From Bacteroidota bacterium (GTDB lineage Bacteria; Bacteroidota; Bacteroidia; Bacteroidales; FEN-979): a DNA stretch of 64,000 nt. Under the pieces are notes generated by a model. That model had not been told where the DNA came from, ran no database searches, and saw nothing but the letters and a program-made list of their open reading frames with translations. The position numbers and the translations under genes were made by a program. Positions 27,778 through 37,400 of the stretch are shown piece by piece. The number at the start of each line of letters is the position of its first letter. The stretch's first letter is position 1. The stretch covers positions 60,214 to 124,213 of the forward strand of contig JAPLDO010000078.1 of assembly GCA_026391715.1 (NCBI GenBank), written 5' to 3'.

Positions 27778-29280
27778 TTACCTTTTAATAATCGTTTGAT
27801 GTGTAGTCCTGTCCCCGGCGATGATTTGCAGATGATAAACGCCATTGCTGAAACCGGAAATATCTAAATTTTGTCTTCCTGCCGGTAATTCCTTTTGCAA
27901 AATGACTCTTCCCATCGCGTCGCTAAACCTGATTACAGCCGGAAAGGATAATCCGAAGATCAATTCTCCAAAAGTGGGATTGGGATAAACCGTATTTGCA
28001 TCTCTTTGTTCTTCAGGAATTCCTACAAACACATCAAGAACGCCAGAAATATTGGTTACTCCATCCCAGAAACCGCCTCCGCCCGCAGAATAGCCACCAT
28101 AAACATAGTCATTCGTATTATACTTGAACCGAGTGGCATAGTAATAGGTTCCGGTATTAGTAATGGCTGCGCCGATGTTGGCAACATATTCATCATAAAC
28201 AAAGAATGGAGCCTGAAATCCGGCTGTCACCCAGTTTGTCCAGGTATCGGGATTGGTATTGGTTGAACTATACCCTACCCATGCGCTGAGCCCAGGCGCT
28301 GGAGTTGGTTGTCCGGTAATCCCAGGCACTTCGGCTCTGCCATATACATTGAATTCGGTTCCGGGCCAAATCATTCCAACAGGGGGCCATTGAAGGTTTG
28401 CAAAAGTTACAACGGCAGACGAGCCGCTTACAGTGTATGAAAAATTTACGCCATTGTTGTTGTTGAGTTTTATGGTCAGCAGGTCATAATCGGCTATAAC
28501 TGTTGAATGGGTTGTAGTAAAGGCATAATAAGAAACCACAGTGCCGGCGGGTTGTCCGGGAATTTGCGCCGAGCCCGATGTTCCTGAAACGCTAACCTGC
28601 GCCACGGCGGAAGTTGCCCAGCCATTGGTTGAATACCGGATGAAGATAACTTCTTCCGGGCATTTTGCCGCCGACAATCCAACATTGATTGTTGCAGGGT
28701 TATTGGCGGTTACTGACGCCGGTACCGAAACGGAGCTGATATCAATCGGTTCGGCGCTGGTTTTCATAAAAATGGCGCGTGTATTTACGTAGCCAATATC
28801 TTCAAAATTCATCGTGTACCATTTCCCATTGTCAAGGGTAATATTGTTATTTGCCGCGCCCTCCTTGGTGTACAACTGAAGAGAATCTGAGACTACATTT
28901 GTGGCTGACCATTTATTCTGATAAAAATTGGAGGTAGCGCCGCTCGTGAAAAGCCATTCGTATGTGCCTCCGATCAGGTCGCCTCCCGTAGCTGCAACAC
29001 TAAAAATTGTTTGCCATCTCGGCGTTCCAATTGCTATTTTCTCCACCCTTCCACCTGTAACCTGGGTACTGCTGGCAAGGGCAAGATTGTTAGTGGGCGG
29101 GTTTGTCCATGAGTTCCAGGCGCCTGGCATGTTCAGTCCTTCGGGTTCATAGATTTGTGCCTGAACTGAAATTCCGGAAAGGATAATTCCGGTAAACAGC
29201 ACGATCAAAATAACTGAATTCCTGATCAGTGAATTTTTTGATTTGGGTAATACTTTTTTCATCGTTGTGAATTTTAACAT
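27778..29280 (-). CDS. T9SS-secreted protein sharing the N-terminal module of the GH13 enzyme (non-catalytic, putative glycan-binding)
   Basis: 500 aa; an alternative ATG at 29262 gives MKKVLPK. QIYEPEGLNMPGAWNSWTNPP...GTPRWQTIF...NKWYTMNFEDIGYVNTRAIFMKTSAEP...IFIRYSTNGW is collinear with GH13 residues ~36-270. C-terminal TVYPNPTFGELIF...GVYHLQIIAGDRTTHQTIIKR is a T9SS CTD. Confidence 0.8.
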   Translation of the reverse strand: MLKFTTMKKVLPKSKNSLIRNSVILIVLFTGIILSGISVQAQIYEPEGLNMPGAWNSWTNPPTNNLALASSTQVTGGRVEKIAIGTPRWQTIFSVAATGGDLIGGTYEWLFTSGATSNFYQNKWSATNVVSDSLQLYTKEGAANNNITLDNGKWYTMNFEDIGYVNTRAIFMKTSAEPIDISSVSVPASVTANNPATINVGLSAAKCPEEVIFIRYSTNGWATSAVAQVSVSGTSGSAQIPGQPAGTVVSYYAFTTTHSTVIADYDLLTIKLNNNNGVNFSYTVSGSSAVVTFANLQWPPVGMIWPGTEFNVYGRAEVPGITGQPTPAPGLSAWVGYSSTNTNPDTWTNWVTAGFQAPFFVYDEYVANIGAAITNTGTYYYATRFKYNTNDYVYGGYSAGGGGFWDGVTNISGVLDVFVGIPEEQRDANTVYPNPTFGELIFGLSFPAVIRFSDAMGRVILQKELPAGRQNLDISGFSNGVYHLQIIAGDRTTHQTIIKR

Positions 29281-29339
29281 TGTTAGTTGCTATTTTGACT
29301 TTTTCTTCTCATTCATCCTGGTTTCCATCCTAAAATCTT

Positions 29340-29510
29340 CCCCCAAAAGTGACCCCTCCCTAAATCCCTCCCCAAAAAGGGAGGGACTTTAGCTCCCCCT
29401 TTCCTTTTTGAGGAAAGTTGGGGAAATCTTTCTCCCCCTTCCCTTTTTGGGGAAGGGGGTCAGGGGGGATGGGGTCATTTGGGGAAGGGGGTCAGGGGGG
29501 ATGGGGTCAT
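29340..29510. repeat. Second copy of the G-rich element: three pyrimidine/purine hairpins plus 2 tandem 32-mers
   Basis: Hairpins: tccctccc-aaaaa-gggaggga (29365-29386), ctttcct-ttttg-aggaaag (about 29397-29417), ctcccccttccc-ttttt-ggggaaggggg (29432-29459). 32-mers TTGGGGAAGGGGGTCAGGGGGGATGGGGTCAT at 29447-29478 and 29479-29510. The element ends 5 nt from the stop codon at 29516-29518. Confidence 0.9.
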
Positions 29511-29515
29511 ATCTC

Positions 29516-31300
29516 TCATTGCTTCACCAGCATCTTCGTCTGAACCTTATCGCCGCTGATAATCCTGATAAAATAAACGCCGGATGGGATATCTGTTAAC
29601 GAAAGTGAATAGCTGCCTGAACCTGTTATGGTCTGATCGCTTATTCGATTCCCACGAATCCCGAACAACTCCATTCGGGACTTAACTCCGGCGGCGACGT
29701 CCTGAATATCAATTGTGACTTGGGAAGAGGCGGGGTTTGGAAACAATTTGAACGAAAAACCTGTGGGCTGAATCGGATCGGCTCCTGCTATTTCTCCTGA
29801 TTTAAAAGCAGGAGAGCTGATTGAGGAGCAATACTGCGCAGTTGTGGTAATATGTCCAAGTAAATAGGCGCCCGATTCTATCCAGGTTCCTGGTAATAAT
29901 ATTATATTCTGCCCGGCTATCAGGGTTACTGAACTACCGGTCAAGGCGCGGAAAAAGGTGTTATTGCCTGCAACAGAGATGGTCTTTTTCGCGTCATAGC
30001 AAACTATTATTTCACTGTTGACAGTTATATTTTCGAGCGTCCGCATAAATGGAACTGCTGATGGCGTCACCGTCAGAACTCCGGAAATATTGGCAATACT
30101 ATCCCAGAAACCGCCACCTGTGATTGAATAGCCGCCATAGAGATAATTTCCGCCACTCAATCTGAATCGGGTAGCATAATAAAATGTGCCTTCTGTGATC
30201 ATTGACGCCCCTAAGTTGGCGCTGAATTGATCATAAACCCCGAATGGGCTAAGGTATGGAGCGGCGATCCAATTTGTCCAGGCTGAGGGGTTTGTATTGG
30301 TGGCGCTCCAGCCAACCCATGCTTCCAGCCCCGGCGCCGGGATTGTTTGTCCGGTAATACCTGGTATTTCAGCTCTTCCAATAACCTCGAAGGTCTGACC
30401 TTGTTCAATCATTCCAACCGGTGGGGAATGAAGATTTGCAAAAGTGATAACAGGCGTTGGATTAATCACGGTATATGAATAATTGGTTCCACCATTGGAG
30501 TTAAGTTTTATTGTGAGCAGATCATAGTCGGCTGTAATTGAGTCTAACGTTGAAGAAAACGCGTAATAAGCGACTGTTGTACCGCCAGGTTGTCCGGGGA
30601 TCAGAGCAGAGCCAGATGAGCCGGTTATTGAAACAGACAAAGCATTTGAAGTTGCCCAGGCGTCTGTTGAATATCTCAAATAAAATAGTTCCTCAGCGCA
30701 CGGAGCTTGCGATAATGCAACTGTAATTACTACGGGATTGCCCGGATTAACGCCTGACGGGACTGAAACCGATGCAATATTTACAGGCTGAGCGCTGGTT
30801 TCCATGAAAATTGCACGTGTGCTTACATACCCGGAATCCTGGAAATTCATGGCGTACCATTTTCCGTTAGCCACCGTGATTGTGTTATTTGGATTCGCCT
30901 GATAAGTATAATGCTGCAAAGTATTCATTATAACATTCACATTCGACCATTTGTTTCCCCAGGGGTTGGACAAAGAGCCACTGGTAAACAGCCATTCATA
31001 AGTTCCGCCGGCTACATCGCCTCCTGTATCAGCCACGCTGAAGATTGTCTGCCACCGTTGGACTCCTGTTGAAAATTTTACTACGCGCCCACCTACGACC
31101 TGGGTATTGCTGGCAAGCGCGAGGTTGTTGGCGGGAGGGTTGTTCCATGAATTCCATGCGCCTGGCATGTTAAGTCCTTCAGGTTCCCAAATCTGTGCCT
31201 GTAACTGAGTAACGGAAACCATTTGTAAACACAAAAAAAACAATGTTAATGAAATCAATGTTCGAAAGAAAAGTTTCGTTTGGCGCTTTAAAGTTTTCAT
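29516..31300 (-). CDS. T9SS-secreted paralog of 27778..29280 (shared N-terminal and central modules)
   Basis: 594 aa with a signal peptide. QIWEPEGLNMPGAWNSWNNPPANNLALASNTQV...QRWQTIFSVADTGGD...FYLRYSTDAW and the central ...ANLHSPPVGMIEQGQTFEVIGRAEIPGITGQ...GTFYYATRFRLSGGNYLYGGYS are collinear with the 500-aa neighbour. C-terminal FKLFPNPASSQVTIDIQ...GVYFIRIISGDKVQTKMLVKQ is a T9SS CTD. Confidence 0.8.
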   Translation of the reverse strand: MKTLKRQTKLFFRTLISLTLFFLCLQMVSVTQLQAQIWEPEGLNMPGAWNSWNNPPANNLALASNTQVVGGRVVKFSTGVQRWQTIFSVADTGGDVAGGTYEWLFTSGSLSNPWGNKWSNVNVIMNTLQHYTYQANPNNTITVANGKWYAMNFQDSGYVSTRAIFMETSAQPVNIASVSVPSGVNPGNPVVITVALSQAPCAEELFYLRYSTDAWATSNALSVSITGSSGSALIPGQPGGTTVAYYAFSSTLDSITADYDLLTIKLNSNGGTNYSYTVINPTPVITFANLHSPPVGMIEQGQTFEVIGRAEIPGITGQTIPAPGLEAWVGWSATNTNPSAWTNWIAAPYLSPFGVYDQFSANLGASMITEGTFYYATRFRLSGGNYLYGGYSITGGGFWDSIANISGVLTVTPSAVPFMRTLENITVNSEIIVCYDAKKTISVAGNNTFFRALTGSSVTLIAGQNIILLPGTWIESGAYLLGHITTTAQYCSSISSPAFKSGEIAGADPIQPTGFSFKLFPNPASSQVTIDIQDVAAGVKSRMELFGIRGNRISDQTITGSGSYSLSLTDIPSGVYFIRIISGDKVQTKMLVKQ

Positions 31301-31332
31301 AATATCTGGTTTTAGTTAAACTTTAGTCTTTG

Positions 31333-31340
31333 CAAATATA
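31333..31340 (-). promoter_or_regulatory. Candidate -7 promoter box (TATATTTG on minus strand)
   Basis: Plus-strand caaatata matches TAnnTTTG on the minus strand, 33 nt upstream of the ATG at 31300 and just downstream of the terminator hairpin of the giant gene. Confidence 0.4.
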
Positions 31341-31380
31341 AAACATGGCTGGTGTTAATCCTAATATTCTCAGTTAAAAC

Positions 31381-31430
31381 CTTAAAAGCCGAGAAGCTGC
31401 CCCGGCAAACCGGAACAGCTTCTCTTTTTT
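31381..31430 (-). terminator. Putative intrinsic (bidirectional) terminator after the giant gene
   Basis: 9-bp stem gagaagctg (31391-31399) / cagcttctc (31416-31424) with an inner ccgg-caaa-ccgg hairpin. T6 follows on plus; GGCTTTT follows on the minus-strand reading. About 55 nt downstream of the stop at 31483. Confidence 0.55.
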
Positions 31431-31482
31431 AATGATACCTTATTGTAACAGGTTAGCCGGAATGGCATCCTGTTCTTTAGGT

Positions 31483-34400
31483 TTATTCGCGTACAAGTTT
31501 ACTTACAATCATTTTCCTGATCACCTTATGCTGTTCATTCAGGAATACAACAGAATAGAGTCCGTCGGCAACATCATTCAGGTTGACTTGTGAATTGAAT
31601 TTACCGCCAATGGTTCTTGCATCATTCATCTCATAAACCATTACGCCAAGCTGGTTGTAAACCCTGATGGTGAAGATTTCTTCGGATGGCGTTGTAATTG
31701 CAACTCTGAAGTTTCCATTGTTCGGCACTGGATAAACGTTGAAACTGCTTCCAGGCAATTCATCCTGACCAACAAACAAAACATATACGTGATTTGAGGT
31801 ATCCGATGAACATCCGTTCACAGTAACTACTGACCAGTACCATCCGGTAATAGTGGCAGTATAGGTTTGATTGACAGCGCCTGGTAAAAGTCCTGTGCCT
31901 TCGTAGTACCATTGATTGCCGGTTGTTGCGCTACTGGTAAGAACAGCTCCGGCGGCAGTTACAACAGGCGCGGCGGGAATTGGATTAACAGTAACCGTGA
32001 AACTTGGCGATACTACTCCGCTTCCGCAGGAGTTGACGCCCTTTACAGTGATGACCACTGTCCCGGGATTGACGCTGAAATTAACTACGATACTGTTGGC
32101 GGTTCCCGTGAAGGTAGCTCCGGTTACCGTCCATAAATAGCTTGTGGCATTTGCAATAGCCGGCACAGTATAAGTTACTCCACTGCTGCCTGCGCAAACT
32201 GATGTTGGACCAGTGATGGTTCCAGCGGCTGCCGGCAATGGGTTAACAGTTACGGCAAAGGTTGAGGATGGTCCGGGACCGCACTGGTTCATTCCTTCAA
32301 CCTTAACAGCGCCCGAAGTAGCATTCGCCGGGAAGTTGACTGTAATACTTGTAGTTCCCTGACCCGTGAAAGTACCGCCTCCGGTTACTACCCAGTTGTA
32401 AGATGTAGCGCCAACTATTGGAGTTGTTGAATACACAACGCCATTTGTTCCTGCGCAAACAGTTGCAGTTCCTGTGATCGGATTTGCCGCGTTAGGCGGC
32501 GAGTTCACAAACACGGTATAAACCGTAGGTTGTGGCGCCGAGCATCCCGAAGCATTTGTATAGTTTACGGTGACAGTTTGAATGCCTGGTTGTGTCCAGG
32601 TTACAGTCAATACGCTTGTACCCTGTCCTGAAGAAATCGTTCCGTTTGAAACAGTCCATATATAACCAGTCATACCGCTTTCTGTGTAATAAACATTGTT
32701 GGTTGAGCCAATGCACGGGTTGTTTGTACTTCCGATTGTAGGAACAGGAGTTGGATTAACAGTTACATTGTAAGTAACCGGAGCAGAGCCGGGACAACCA
32801 CTTGTGTAGTTAACAGTTACAGCCTGATTACCTACTATATTCCAGGTTATTGTGATCGTATTGCTGGTTGTGCTGCCACCAGAAATAATGGTTCCTCCGG
32901 CAACAGTCCAGAGATAGTTGGTCATTCCTGTCTGAGTTGTATAGGTTGCTGTCGCTCCCTGACATACTGTAGCAGGACCGGTTATTGTCGGCGTAGGAAT
33001 GGCATTTACCGTCACATTGTAACAGGTAGGCGCCGCGGCAGTACATCCGTTGGTATTTGTGTAGTTTACACAAACTGTTTTTGCTCCGGCAGATGTCCAG
33101 GTTACAGTTATTGCATTGGTGGCTCCGCCTGAAGTGATGTTACCGCCGGCAGCTACAGTCCACGTATAACCGGTCATCCCGGCTTCAGTGGTGTAAACAT
33201 TAGACGTAGTACCCACACAAACCGATGAAGGACCAGTTATGGTTGGAACAGGTAATGGGTTTACAGTAACTGTTTTAGATGTAGGCGTTGAAGCTGAACA
33301 TCCGTTAGCGTTGGTATAATTCACAGTTATTGTTTGAACGCCAACTGTATTCCATGTAACAGTTATTGTGTTGGTTGTTACACCGGTGGCTGCACCTCCC
33401 GAAACAGTCCAGGAATAGCCTGTCATACCGGCTTCGGTTGTATATACATTGCCGGTTGAGTTAACACATGCCGACGCCGCTCCCGTAATGGTTGGAACTG
33501 GTAATGGGTTCACAGTTACGTTGTAGCATACAGGCGCTAAAGCAGTGCATCCGTTGGCGTTGGTATAATTCACACAAACTGTTTTCACTCCGATGGAATT
33601 CCATGTTATCGTAACGGCATTGGTTCCGACGCCTGCTGTAATAGCGCCTCCGGTCACCGTCCAGGTATAGCCTGTCATGCCTGCTTGTGTGGTATAAACG
33701 TTACCGGTTGAGTTCAGACAAACGATTGCCGGACCTGTAATTGTTGGAACAGGCAATGGATTCACAGTTACGTTGTAGCATACTGGCGTTGTGGCAGTAC
33801 ATCCGTTGGCGTTGGTATAATTAACGCAAACCGTTCCCACCCCAACTGTATTCCATGTTACGGTAATAGAATTGGTTACGGCGCCTGCTGTAATTGCGCC
33901 TCCGGTCACAGTCCAGGTATAGCCTGTCATTCCGGTTTGCGTTGTATAAACGTTACCGGTAGAGTTCAGACAAACGCTTGCCGGTCCTGTAATTGTAGGA
34001 ACAGGCAGCGGATTCACTGTTACATTGTAGCATACAGGCGTTGCAGCAGTACATCCGTTGGCGTTGGTATAATTAACGCAAACCGTTCCCACCCCTACTG
34101 TATTCCATGTTACGGTAATAGAATTGGTTAAGGAGCCTGCTGTAATTGCGCCTCCGGTCACTGTCCATGTATAACCTGTCATTCCGGTTTGCGTGGTATA
34201 AACGTTACCGGTTGAGTTCAGACAAACGCTTGCCGGACCTGTAATTGTAGGAACTGGCAGCGGATTCACGGTTACATTGTAGCAAACAGGCGTTGTTGCA
34301 GTACATCCGTTGGCGTTGGTATAATTAACGCAAACCGTTTTAGCCCCAACTGTATTCCATGTTACGGTTATAGCGTTGGTTCCGTTACCTGCTGTAATTA

Positions 34401-37400
34401 AACCTCCGGTCACCGTCCATGTATAGCCTGTCATGCCGGCTTGAGTGGTATAAACGTTACCTGTTGAGTTCAGACAAACGCTTGCCGGTCCTGTAATTGT
34501 TGGTACTGGCAACGGGTTTACAGTGATAATCACAAAGTTGGTTGGCAACGGACCGCCGCAGGTACCAGAGGCATTCTGCATCTGACGATAGTAAGTCGTA
34601 ACGGTCAGCGCTCCTGGTTGGTAGTTCAGCATTGTGGCTCCGCTAATGTTTGCAAAGCCCGAACTACTCAGCGAACTCTGCCATTGATAAGTCGGGGCGG
34701 TTCCGTTTGACGGGGCAACTCCATTGAGTAGAGCAGGAATAGCGCCGATGCAAATTGCCTGATCGGCGCTGATTGAGCCAACAGCAATAGTCGGGTTCAT
34801 AGTAATAGTCACTATATTGGTTGGCGCCGGACCTCCGCAAGCGCCAGATGCATTCTGCTGCTGACGGTAGTAAGTCGTAACAGTCAACGCTCCCGGTTGG
34901 TAGTTCAGCATTGTGGCTCCGCTAATGTTGTTAAAGCTCGAACCATCCAGCGAACTCTGCCATTGATAAGTCGGGGAGGTTCCGTTTGACGGAGCAACTC
35001 CATTGAGTAGCGCAGGTATAGCGCCGCTGCAAATTGCCTGACTGGCGCTGATTGAGCCAACAACAATAGTCGGATTCATAGAAATAGTTACCATGTTTGT
35101 TGGCAATGGACCTCCGCAAGTACCAGATGCATCCTGCATCTGACGGTAGTAAGTGGTAACGGTAAGCGCTCCCGGTTGATAGTTCAGCATTGTGGCTCCA
35201 CTAATGTTTGCAAAGGTCGAACCATTCAGCGAACTCTGCCATTGGTAAGTCGGGGCGGTTCCATTTGAAGGCGCAACTCCATTGAGTAGCGCAGGAATAG
35301 CGCCGCTGCAAATCGCCTGATTGGCGCTGATTGAGCCAACAACAATAGTCGGGTTCATAGTAATAGTCACAATGTTGGTTGCCAATGGACCTCCGCAAGT
35401 ACCAGATGCGTCCTGCATCTGACGGTAGTAAGTCGTAACGGTCAACGCTCCCGGTTGGTAGTTCAGCATTGTAGCTCCGCTAATGTTTGCAAAGCTCGAA
35501 CCATTCAGCGAACTCTGCCATTGGTAAGTCGGGGCTGTTCCATTTGAAGGCGCAACTCCATTGAGTAAAGCAGGAATAGAGCCGCTGCAAATCGCCTGAT
35601 CGGCGCTTATTGAGCCAACAGCGAGCGGCGGATTCACCGTGATCGTCACAACATTTGTTGAAAGCGGTCCTCCACAGGTTCCCTGAGCGTTCTGCATCTG
35701 TCTGTAATAGATAGTAGCAGCCAAAGCTCCCGGTTGATAATTCAGCGCGGTTGCCCCATTGATATCTGTGAAGCTAAAGTTATCAAGCGCACTCTGCCAC
35801 TGATAAGTTGGTAAAGTACCGTTTGATGGAGGCGTTCCTGTTAACAGCGCTGGAACATTTCCGATGCAAAGCGACTGATTTCCACTGATTGAACCAACAA
35901 TGAGCGCCGGGAAAGCGCCGACTGTGATGGTCACTGTATTAGTTGGAAGAGGTCCTCCGCAAGCGCCAGACGCATCCTGCATCAGACGGAAATAGGTTAT
36001 TGCAGTCAAAGAGCCAGGCTGATAATTGAGTGAAGTCGCGCCAATGATGTTGGTAAATGTAACATTATCGAGCGAGCTTTGCCATTGATAAACAGGCGAT
36101 GAACCGTTGGATGGTGGTACGCCGGTTAAAAGCGCTGGAATACTTCCATTGCAGATTGTTTGATCGGCGCTGATCGAGCCGACAGCCAACGTCGGGGTAA
36201 CGGTAACAGCAACCACATTGGTTGGCAGCGGACCGCCACAGACTCCGGTAGCATTCTGCATTAACCTGTAATATATGGTGTTCGTTAAAATTCCGGGCTG
36301 ATAATTCAGGTCAGTTGCCCCATTAATATCGGTAAATGTGAAATTGGTAAGTGAACTCTGCCACTGATACGTTGGTAATGTTCCGTTTGATGGCGGTACT
36401 CCAATGAGCAGGGCAGGCGCAAAACCACTACAAATCGTCTGATCAGCGCTGATTGAACCTACAACAAGCGCCTCTGAAACAGTAATGGTTACCACGTTGG
36501 TTGGAAGCGGACCGCCACACGTTCCCGATGCATTCTGCATCTGACGGAAATAGGTTGTAACGCTCAACAAGCCTGATTGATAATTCTGCGACGTCGCGCC
36601 AATAATGTTACTGAATGTAATATTATCCAGCGAACTCTGCCACTGATAGGTCGGCGCTGTTCCGTTTGCCGGAGGAGTAGCCGTTAGCAGGGCAGGTAGA
36701 GTATTGCTGCACACCGACTGGTCAGCGGCAATAGAACCAACAACCAAATCTGGGTTAACCGTGATCGTGACAACATTTGTTGGCAAAGGTCCGCCGCATG
36801 TGCCAGACGCATCCTGCATCTGACGGAAGTACATTGTTACGATTAATGCGCCTGGTTGGTAATTAAGACCTGTTTCTCCAGGGATATCCGTAAACGTGAT
36901 ATTGTCGGTTGAATTCTGCCACTGATAAGTTGGCAATGTTCCGTTTGCCGGGGCAACACCGTTAAGCTGTGCAGGTATTGAACCTGTGCAAACTGTCTGG
37001 TTTGCGCTGATTGATCCGACAACAAGTAGTGGATTCACCGTTATTGTAACAACATTGGTTGGCAATGGTCCGCTGCAAACTCCAGATGCATCCTGCATCT
37101 GACGGAAATAGGCGATGCCAGTCAACGCGCCGGGCTGATAATTGAGTAATGTTGCCCCGCTGATGTTCGTAAATGTGCTGTTATCCAGCGAACTCTGCCA
37201 CTGATATGTTGGTGATGTTCCATTTGAAGGACCAACTCCGGTAAGTTGCGCCGGAATCGTTCCCGTACAGATTGTCTGATTTGCAGAAATTGAGCCAACT
37301 ACAAGGTCGGGGCTCATAGAAATTGTCACTACATTGGTTGGCAAAGGACCGCCGCAAGTACCAGATGCATCCTGCATCTGACGGAAATAGGTTATAGCTG

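Noticed and set aside
27492-27867. Three overlapping plus-strand ORFs encoding Gly-rich peptides (GEGGQGGRGHLGKG...), plus a similar one at 29408..29599
   Set aside because: They are read straight through the G-rich 32-bp tandem repeat and hairpins in intergenic spacers. Their periodic low-complexity translation, overlap in all frames, and orientation opposite to every real gene here indicate repeat artefacts.
27584-29510. Possible CRISPR array, suggested by repeated ~32-bp units
   Set aside because: The units are directly adjacent with no unique spacers, only 2-4 copies occur per locus, and no cas genes are in the window. These are tandem repeats, not CRISPR.
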